Of a DNA stretch of 64,000 bases, positions 52,195 to 61,989 are shown one piece after another; positions within the stretch are counted from its first letter, which is position 1, and every line of letters begins with the position of its first letter. Origin of the DNA: Somniosus microcephalus. Its lineage: Eukaryota. A program made the position numbers and the translations under genes. The stretch lies in NCBI GenBank assembly GCA_052327205.1, contig CM126207.1, positions 218,984,001 to 219,048,000 on the forward strand, in the 5' to 3' direction. A model generated the notes under the pieces. The model ran no database searches. It was not told where the DNA came from and saw only the letters and a program-made list of their open reading frames with translations.

Positions 52195-53407
52195 TGTCGA
52201 TACACTATTTGACTGTAGGGAGCATCACAGCCAAGCTTGATTTATGCTCTCCCCTAATATCCATACACATGACCACGTTCCTGGAATAGTCAGTACACAG
52301 TGATCAATTTGTTAATTTGATTAAAAAGGGAAAGGCTCAAAAAGGCCTCACAGTGGAAGACAGTGTCAGTTCACTGAAAGGCAATGTGAGATGGGATAAG
52401 CATCACTTAAAAAAATGAAGATATGGAGAAAAAGAGTAAAGTACAGATTAAACATGGTCAATTTTCAATTTGTGTCTTCAAAATTTTGTTGGCAAGTTTT
52501 TTGTATTTATTATATTCATACTGGTTTCAAACTCTTTAATAAAACCTCACATTTCTGTAAGTTTCCATTATTGTAAAATAATGTGGGTGGGCATTAGAAT
52601 CTGGCAGGGAGCTGCAGTAGGCTCAACCAGTAAAGGTCCAGTACCAGGACATGCCTTATTATTAGTTTTAAACTAGTGACAGACTTGCACTATCAGTTCA
52701 AAACTTTTGACCACAAGTTCAGCAACCTGGTGCCAAGATGTACCTTAAGTGCACAATACTGCTAGAATAAAAGGATGCAATGACTGGAGACCAGCAATGT
52801 AAATGGCAGATAGCTGCTATGTACATTTGATTTCTTTGTTAGAAAAACAAGCAGGGGTCACACAGTACTGCTCGTTTCCAACACGACCTAGGAGATGTAT
52901 CCCGACAAACTGACAAGATTGTTGAAAATCTCGGTATGGGTCAATACCATTTCAGTTCGCCAACATCACTGTTCACTAAACTTATGAACCCATGTTCCCT
53001 CGACAAGGTTATCAGTACTCAAGAGGATCCCTTAAAAAAACTAATACATTAAGAACGGCAAAACAATGTTTTTTAAAAAATCATACTTTTTCCAAAAACT
53101 TTAATTTTAAAAGACACTAAAGTGGTACAAGCACATTTGTAAATCAGCCAAAGCCTGCACAAACAAAACTCTGACAGCAGATTTACACTGACACTTGTGT
53201 TGCAGAGAAGCCAGTTCCACTTCACAGTGATGCCAAAGCAACAGTAAAACTCCAGGCCCAACTCTGGCGGGCAGCAGTGTGTCAGCTCACCATGGGAAGG
53301 CTGCGTCAAGCCGAGCAAGTTTAATACGCCACTGGTGTAAAAGTTGGCTTGCAGAGTCTGCACATTTTTAAGCCTACATGTGCAGGGCTCTCTACTGGGC
53401 CTAAGCC

Positions 53408-53866
53408 GTGTCAGCTGTGGCTCAGTTGGCAGCACTCTCACCCGAGTCAGAAGGTTGTGGGTTCAAGTCCCACTCCAGAGACATGAGCACATACTGTACA
53501 ATGTAGGCTGACACTCCAGTGCAGTGCTGAGGGAGTGCTGCACTGTCAGAGGCGAGGTCTTTCAAATGAGACGTTAAGCCGAGGCCCCGTCTGCCCTCTC
53601 AGGTGGACGTAAAAGATCCCATGGCACTATTTCAAAAGAGCGGGGAAGTTATCCCCGATGTCCTGGCCAATATTTATACCTCAATCAACACCACAAAAAT
53701 AGATGATATGGTCATTATCACATTGCTGTTTGTGGGAGCTTGCTGTGCACAAATTGGCTGTTTTCTAGATTACAATAGTGACTACACTTCAAAAGTACTT
53801 CATTGGCTGTAAAGCACTTTGGGATGTCCTGAGGTTGTGAAAGGCACTATATAAATGCAAGTCTTT
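53408..53866 (+). mobile_element. Full-length Deu-domain SINE (SacSINE1-like)
   Basis: tRNA head with A box tggctcagttgg and B box ggttcaagtcc, Deu-type core (gtaaaagatcccatggcactattt), L2-like tail gcactatataaatgcaag. 3' fragments near 15390, 33810 and 47580. Confidence 0.88.
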
Positions 53867-55789
53867 CCCCCCCCCCCACCCCCCCTAAGAGTTGAAGTCA
53901 GAGCCCAGCAATATAAACAAGGTGCTGGCCAGGTTGGAATTGATTCTGTAGCTACTGGTCTCATGATAGCTACAGCATAAATAGAGCGTAAACTGACCAA
54001 ATGGAAGTCATGGCTCCCACTCTCTTTCTATGAAAAGCTCAAACACCAAAATACTATATTGAATAGCACTCAACAAACAATGTACAAATAGTGGGGAGGG
54101 TGAAAAGTCACGAGAGGTCCATGTACAACAAATGCATGGGAAGAAAAAAATACATTAAAAAAAATGCAAACTGAAGACGCGACAGAAATGAAATTTAAAC
54201 AGAAAATGCAAGCCAAGCACGGTGGGATGTGGAAGAATTTGGCTCTACACCGAGGATCCAGACCCCACCTGCACTGTGCTCTGACGAAGGGTCTCCGAAC
54301 AAATATCAACCTGCCTCCCTTCCTCCCAGAACAGACAGACCCACTCACATTGCAAGTACTCAATGTTGCAAAGAAAATGGAGGGTGTAGCGGCGGTCTGA
54401 GGTTACTAGGATCTAATCAAGCCTTATAGGTGTCCAACCGATCGTTTTACGATCATTAGGTCCAGTTCATTCCAGATTCCAGTGTTTGAAAATTGCTGGC
54501 GCTTTTTAAAAAAAAAACATTTTGAATGTTCCACTGCAACTGATAAAACCAACCAAAAGTTTTTTGTTTTTTTTTACATTTTTCTTGTCAAGTTCCCTTA
54601 TCCTGCCAACAAGATCGGCTTATGCTGTAACAGCTGATCTGCCAGCTGTCAAATGCACCTGACTGAAATCCAGTGCTACACTTCACCAGATTAGCTCTGT
54701 ACTCTCCCATCTTTATCTGGGGGGCACTTCAGATGAAGGCCATGGTGCAGCCACTTGCTGGATGGTTGCGATCATCACAGGACTGACTTGATGCTGGATT
54801 ATGAGCTTTAGGGCGAGAGGGTGTTTTAAAAAAAGTAATACTCTTAACAGATATTTATTTTGACTTAGCTTATAAGCATTTTCTCCCCCCCCCCCGTGTT
54901 GGATGACTTCAGAGCAGGCCTCAGGCCAGTTTGAAGTTGCATCCCCGGCTGTTTCTCTTGGAGCCAATTTGGGCAAATGGGACTGTTCTCGATAATGGAT
55001 GGGATCAAAGCAGCCTTGCAGGGAATGAGACGCTACTAGATAATTTCCAGGGCAATGATAAAAGTTTATATAAAGTATTACAATAAAAATTATATTCCTG
55101 TAGGAATATAATATTCTTCTATAAAAAAGGGGCAAACTTTGAATAAAACTAGCCTTACAGCTTCCTTCCCCTTTAAGTACTTTTCAAGTCCATCCTTAAA
55201 TAACAGAAATTCCTAGTCTTTTTTGATTGTTAAAATGGTTTCCTTCATTCTTACTCTCAGTTTCATAAAATCAGCTGTTGACTGTCCAACTGGAACAAAT
55301 AGAAGCTCGAGTTATGAGGAACGATTAGAGAATCTCGAGCTCTATGGTCCAGAAAGTAGGCTCTGAAGGATATAGATATGGTAAACCCAGATTATTACTT
55401 CAAAGTAAACCAGGAAAGTTGATGAATTTAAATGAACAAAAATTACTTTTCAAGTAGATATTACCAAGAAATTATGAATTCAAGGAGTGATAATTGTTTA
55501 CAGCAAGTTGTCACGCAGGCTGGCAGTGACTCAAACATAATCAATGTTCAAAACTTAGTCAGATGTAATGTTGGGAGTTATGATATTAGGGGAATGAGAT
55601 TCAAGGTGTTCAATAGCCTTTTCTCATCCTTGACTTCTCTTGTTTAAAACTTCTTAAATAAAATGAAAATGCTTTCTTTAATTTAGCTAAGCTTCTAATC
55701 CTAATTGCACACCAAACACATCATTATATTCAATGAATCTTCTCTACAGTATCTACAGATAGCTTGGATTTAGAAGAGGCAAAGCTTGT

Positions 55790-57310
55790 CCAATAAACCT
55801 GTTTTGACTTCTTTGAGGATGTTACAAAAAAATTAGATTATGTACCTCCCTGTGATATAGTTTATTTTGAGTTTCAAAAAGCTTTTAACAAAAGTTCCAC
55901 ACAAATTACATCTAGATAAACTAAAAGCCACTAGAAATTCAGGTTGGAACATGGGACTGGATATAAAGTTTGAGAAATAGAAAGAGAAAAAAATAGGCGA
56001 GAGTACTTTGTGAGCAATGTAGGACGTGATTTTGCCGGTGCTCAGACAGGCAGGTCAGAGGTTAAAGTCCTTTTGATTGACGGCGGGTCCCAAACCCGCC
56101 TCCAAACTGCCTTCCCAAGTGTCCCGATTTGCGAATGGACCAGGCACCTAGCGGCGGGAAACGGATTAAAGGCAATTATCTGCCCATTAACAGGTACTTG
56201 CAAGTAGTTTTCAGCCTGTTTTTCGATTTTCCCGCTTGAGTGGGGTTTCACAACGTACGGACACCACACCAGGTAAGTCTGGCATGTTGGGAGTCTGGTG
56301 TAATGTTTGTGAAAAGGTGACAGCTGCAGAAGTGGTGTTAAGGATGCAATGTTGCACACAGTGAGTTTCAGAACAAAGCAAATGTTGGTTACTGCATTTT
56401 TAAAACAAATACAGATTTCTTTAGCTTACAAGTTTTTAAATCCAACAATATGTCCAGTGCCACCTCATTGGGAGAACCTCTCTCACCAGTGACAGATCGC
56501 TTTGTCATCTCACCTGCAGCTGCCATCTACTCCAGCATATGGAGTCATTGGAGAGCCTGGGTGCAAGAGTTCACCTTTGTGCAGTGATTGTCAGTGTTTT
56601 CAGCACCTCAATGCTGTCAAACACTGATAAATCAACTGTCAAAATAAAATTGTGCATGGTCCCTTTAAGGAAACCGGCAGATGTTCTATGTTTCTATGAT
56701 GAGTCATCAAATGAAGTCATCAGACCAGCTTCCTGTTAATTGGCTGTTAAGCCCACAGGGCGGGCTTAACAAGGCCAATCAAGGAAAAATCACATCTGTG
56801 GAGTGGAGCCAGCTGGGGGTGGGACTGGAACCTGGAAATCAGCTGACCCGTGCACCCATTCCAGCACTGAACAGAAAATCGCGGCTGTAGTGTCAGTCAG
56901 AGGGTGGTACTGATTGGGTGTCCTGGAGGGATCAGCACTGGAACCCTTGTAGTTTCTAATCTACACTAATAACCTATACTAATGACCAATTGTAAGCTGG
57001 TCAAATTTGCAGACAAGACTAATTAATGAGAGCAACAGAGACAGAGGGTACAGTTAAAGATTTGCCGAAAAATTTAGAACATTTATTTACTTGGGTAGAG
57101 AAATGGCAATGAAATTTAGTTCTGACAGATGTATTGCATGTTATTCAAAAATAGTGTTCGAATTATGCAATCAATAGAAGAGAACCAACTAGGGGTCACA
57201 GAAAGGGACTGGGAGTGATGTCACTTTCAATGTCCGCATAATTATTATAATTATAAAAGCAAACAGAATGTTGGAATACATAGCCAGAACAAGACTACAG
57301 GTCTTCAAAA
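55790..57310 (+). mobile_element. Highly decayed CR1 RT region hosting a MITE
   Basis: Residual D.VY..FQKAF.KVPH and KFAD-like codons; boundaries approximate. Confidence 0.55.
56022..56886. mobile_element. PIF/Harbinger-like MITE related to 27045-27855
   Basis: Ends ggacgtgatttt / aaaatcgcggct; 3-bp duplication gta; shared internal motifs. Confidence 0.65.
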
Positions 57311-57316
57311 GGTTAT

Positions 57317-57542
57317 TGTGGTAAACCACTGTTTGTATTCCTGTTTGTATTCCACTGTGTACATGCCTGGACATGCCTCGGCTGACTCCTCCCACAGGTC
57401 CTAGTATAAAGGTGACTGCTCCCCAGCCCTTAGTATCATGGACCGGTCGACCACGCGAGGCAGACCTCCAGTCTGTTGTTAATAAAAGCCTTTAGTTACT
57501 CTTCTAACTCTCAGTCTTTTATGAGTAATTGATAGCGCATCA
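57317..57542 (+). mobile_element. Solo LTR
   Basis: TG...CA ends; 5-bp TSD gttat (57312-57316, 57543-57547); internal tataaa and aataaa. Confidence 0.88.
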
Positions 57543-58350
57543 GTTATGTAAAAGTTTCAGACCACGCTTGTGTCCACCACACCACAAAAAAGATGTGCGT
57601 ACATTATAGAGGATGCAGAGGGGGAAAAAAACCCAAGAATGATCCCAAGTGTAATGGGGACAAATGAGGGGGAAAAAAATGACAGAAGTTCAATCTGTAC
57701 AGTCTAGAAATTTAAGAGGGTGGAACTCATCAAAGTATAATATTAAATGAATACAGGTTAAGTAAATCCAGATTATTACTTCAAAATTAAACAGGTTAGT
57801 AGGGCCAGAAGATATACATTTGAATAAGTGAAATATTAATTTACAACAAAAGGATGAGTCCATCTCCTGTGGTGTTTCTAACAGATTGAAAGGACAGTGG
57901 TGACCAAGCTCATGTGAACAAAAATTGGGATAATTGTGCAAGTGTGATTGGACCAAATGTTAACAGTGGAACAAAAAAGTAGGAAATTTATATGGAGAGC
58001 AAAAGACCAAAGCAGGAGAGGAAAAGGAGGAAAGAAGAAAAAAATACAAACGGGCATTTATTTTTAAATTAACATAAATACCATAGTAACCAAAGTCAGG
58101 CTCAATCACACATTTGATTGTGTCTGACTGTAAGGTAAATAAATGGGGTACAAAGGCCACAAGGAGAAATCAAGATGCAGGCGAGAAGGAAAAGTTCAAA
58201 TGACTCATGACAGGGCTGCATATCGTGGCTGGGATTGATCTTACACTCAATTTGTATTATATAACTATCCTCCACTCACTGCATTTTGCTGGAGAAATCA
58301 CTGCTGTTATCAGGAGTAGTTTCTGTTGTTTCAGTCATGCAGAAGTTTTG

Positions 58351-58500
58351 CTTACTGCCGTTCATAGAGACTCTTTTTAAATACTCTGTTTGCTACGCGG
58401 TTTGCTTTGTTTGCTGCAGGTCCTGTCGTATGTCCCGCCCCGCTTCCAACTCATTGGCTGACACAGTGGTGTCAATAGACACTCCGTCATGAGAAAGGTA
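58351..58500 (-). promoter_or_regulatory. Candidate intronic promoter and short exon
   Basis: Minus strand cagccaatga (NF-Y box), ggggcggg (GC box), local CpG enrichment, then donor ca|gtaagc at 58355. Confidence 0.4.
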
Positions 58501-59013
58501 GGCCTGCGCAATCGTGAAACACTATACAGGCAAAGTTATGGATAACTGTCACAACTTTAGGTAGAATTATAAGATTATCAGTTTACCATCTGACAAATGT
58601 TATTTATATGACACTATATACAGCTGGGTCAGAAATAAAAATGGCAACTAAGAACCACTTTGAAAAAATAAGTGCAGTGATGTGACTGGATGAATTTTCT
58701 ACTTTTCAGGTGATTGCTTCTCAGTGGGATCTTTGCTGACACACATTTCAGGTGAATCAGTATGCTTCAACTGTGTGTCTGAGCCAAGAAGAAAAGCATA
58801 TCATTTGACTTTCTTTGGTTGTTGAGACAAATTTAATGTGTCACGCTAATCATATAGATATCAGAAGAATTCTTTACTCCAAGAGTGATACAGATAACTG
58901 TTTGGAAACATTTGCCAGGTAAGGTAGCAAAGATTATCATGTAAATGCATTCAAATTGCAGTTAGATGTTAGGGTCAGAAAGGGTACAAAACATGTTTTT
59001 TGTCATTATTTGC

Positions 59014-59233
59014 TGTTGTTATGTATATGATATTGTTGTGTCTCAAGGGGTTTTATACCCTTACCTATATAACAATTAAGAAGGACTCCGGGGTGGAGAG
59101 TTTAGTTAACGGCCATTTTATTTACAATGTGCTTCTTCACTCAATGCACTACATTTCCCATAGTGCATTGCAAATCACCATGTGGGACAATTCTAATACA
59201 CATTCAAAATACACAACATATTCCCTCCCCCTT
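59014..59233 (-). mobile_element. 3' LTR (59014-59218) and polypurine tract (59221-59233) of the host Gypsy element
   Basis: tgttgt...acaaca terminal inverted repeats, minus-strand aataaa, purine-only run (aag...gagggaa) 2 bp from the LTR. Confidence 0.8.
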
Positions 59234-59245
59234 AAAATTGAATGT

Positions 59246-61813
59246 TGCAGCGGTTCGTGTAGATCGCCACTAAATAAGAGAGTTTGACTTCGACGAACTA
59301 TAAATAAGTTGTTTATTTACAGGAACAGGCTAATTACAGCAGGTAAGATAGCAGGTAAGATGGCTGACTGTAGGAGCACCGTGGTATAGGTCTTGTCCCA
59401 GCGGGGACGCCACGAGGACGGAGTTCGCAGTCCTGTGGGGAGCGTGTGGGGAGCGTGATGACGTCATCGAGTTTGTGTTGTGACGTCATCACGTTGTTCG
59501 TGTTTCCCGCGCTCAGGGCGTCACGTGATGCGCGTCGTTGCGTCGCTGGCCGTTGAGGCCGAAGTTGGGAGGCCGGGCTGTGCCGGTGCTTGCCGCGGAA
59601 GATCGCGTCGCTCCTGTCGGCTGGCCGTTGAGGCCGAAGACGCTAGGCCGGGCTGTGCCGGCGCATGCACATCACGTTGTACGTGACGTGACGTGACGTC
59701 AGCGCGCTAGGGCGCGTCTTAAAGGGGCAATGGCCCCAACAGGTAAGTTAAAAGGGCAACGGTCCCAAAAGGTAAGTTAAACATACAGTAAGGTAAGTTA
59801 AAGGGAATTATGTGTCTCAATGTAAGGGACAACCAGTGGTACCGCCACATAGGCCCCCCCAGAATTCGCTTTAACGAAAGTCCAAGGATGAGATGGTCTG
59901 ACGAGCTGGTGGTCACGGCAGTCATGCTGTCTCGACTTGGTAGGCGAGGTATGAAGATGCTGCTCGTGAGCGGATCCTTACGCGCGTCGTGGCGAATAAA
60001 ACGTATCCGGCAGGCGAAGGACCATGGAGACGTGCGAAACAGCAGGCCTTGTCAGAGTGACGGGCAGGTTGGGCGGACGCAGGCGATGTCTCCGTTGATG
60101 GGTGAGCGAAACCGTCGGGAGGCTGGAACGCACGGAATGGTGCGTGCCATAGTGCTACGACGTGAACACAATGGAGGATGAAGAGTTGCTGCGTTGATCA
60201 GTGATCGGTGAGGCTAGCAACTTTCACGTGGCTGATCGCGGCCGCAGGATGCCCGTTGGACCCGTCCTCGATGTGTGCAGCTTCAGTAGACATTTGCGTT
60301 TGCTAAAGGGAAAACTGGATAAAGGGCAGCAACGGTCCAGGTTGTTGTTGCTTTCGGGCGGGGTAAACTCTACCTGGAGGGCGGCAACACTTGAAACTGT
60401 TGTAGATTTAGGAGAAAACAGCCGGGAGGGCGGCACGCTTTTTGTTCACGCCGAATCGTGTAGTAGGTAACACAACCAGCAAGCTGAAGGGCTGGTGCGC
60501 CGTCGGCGGAGGAGTCGTCGTCGGTGTTCACGAGGGATGGGTTCTCGTGGTTCGTGAGGGATGGGTCCTCGTGCGCGAGGAGTGCGTCCTCGTGTTTTGC
60601 GGGGGCGAGTCCTCGTGGTATCCCCGCAGGGCGCGCTCCGATCTTGTGGGCCCGAACATGCTGCACCCCGCGCTTGGAGAGATTTATACTTGCTGTTGCT
60701 TTGGACGTAGAGGCGGATGATCCGTGTGGTGGTAGAAGAGTCGAATACGGAGACCGTGAGCACGTGCGTGGTCTGTGCCGCATCGATGTTCTTGGCGAAC
60801 AGGGCTTCTTCCTTCATAAAGCACGAGGGAGACCGTGGCTCCCTGGATTGCGGTAGCGACAGCGGAACGGCTGATGCTTCCATAGCGTGCTTCGTTTGTG
60901 AAAGACGTTCACAAACTCACCAATTGTAGCGCTGGTGGACGACGGTTGCCGTTGGTCGTGCTCTACCTCTGTGAAATAGTTCGTGAAAAACGGGCTCACC
61001 TCCAAGCTGCGCTTCCTTTGCGAAGACGTTCGCAAAGACGGGGTCGCTTTTGATGGAATCGGTGTTAGGCGGTTGCTGTTCCGTGGTTGTTCGTTGGTCG
61101 TCTTGTGGGAAGACGAGGGTCAGGCTGCGCGTTGCTACCGTGAAAATCGTTCACGGATACGGGTTCACCAATTGTAGCGTTGGAATTGATGAGCTCCCGT
61201 ACTCACGTCGTTGGGTCACCAATGTAGCAGTTCGTGTAGATCGCCACTAAAGAGAGTTTGACTTCGACGAATTATAAGTAAGTTGTTTATTTACAGGAAC
61301 AGGCTAATTACAGCAGGTAAGATAGCAGGTAAGATGGCTGACTGTAGGAGCACCGTGGTATAGGTCTTGTCCCAGCAGGGACTCCACGAGGACTGAGTTC
61401 GCAGTCCTGTGGGGAGCGTGATGACGTCATCGCGTTTGTGTTGTGATGTCATCACGTTGTTCGTGTTTCCCGCGCTTAGGGCGTCACGTGATGCGCGTTG
61501 TTGCGTCGCTGGCCGTTGAGGCCGAAGTCGGGAGGCCAGGCTGTGCCGGTGCTTGCCGCGGGAGCGGAAGATCGCGTCGCTCCTGTCGGCTGGCCGTTGA
61601 GGCCGAAGACGCTAGGCCGGGCTGTGCCGGCGCACGCACATCCCGTTGTACGTGACGTGACGTCAGCACGCTAGGGCACGTCTTAAAGGGGCAATGGCCC
61701 CAACAGGTAAGTTAAAAGGGCAACGGCCCCAAAAGGTAAGTTAAACATACAGTAAGGTAAGTTAAAGGGAATTATGTGTCTCAATGTAAGGGACAACCAG
61801 TGGTACCGCCACA
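59246..61813 (-). mobile_element. Nested non-autonomous Gypsy-type LTR element (LTRs 59246-59849 and 61223-61813)
   Basis: Two near-identical TG...CA LTRs; 4-bp TSD atgt (59242-59245, 61814-61817); PBS tggtgaccc(aa)cgacgtga complementary to the tRNA-Trp 3' end; G-rich PPT about 59851-59862; no pol. Confidence 0.9.
60446..60883 (-). pseudogene. Diverged Gag N-terminal-like ORF of the nested element
   Basis: MEASAVPLSLP...F.KEEALF..NI......VS.FD..T...KYKSLQAR follows the pattern of Trp-primed Gypsy Gag N-termini (AV.LKLP.FW..P..WF..AEAQF...I...VV..LD...KY..LK.RL). Confidence 0.55.
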
Positions 61814-61989
61814 ATGTCCACAAAACAGAATAACTGAAAATGACTATAACTTTGGAAGAGAGGGTAGACTGCCTCTACATTCTGCTAACCCTGGGGATTA
61901 TTCTGCCCCATGCACACAGGTTAGCACTAACTGTAACTAAGGCACTCTGGAGGCTGCCTTTCTCTTTGGGGGGTAACGCCTAGTCTCAG

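Noticed and set aside
53408-53480. tRNA-like sequence with A and B boxes
   Set aside because: It is the head of a SINE, continuous with the Deu core; no intact cloverleaf.
54275-54310. ctgacgaagggtctccgaac as a functional hammerhead
   Set aside because: The GAAA box and stem III are disrupted; at most an old relative of the family.
59246-61813. Long direct repeats as a DIRS element or segmental duplication
   Set aside because: TG..CA ends, a 4-bp TSD, a PBS and a PPT identify an integrase-type LTR element.
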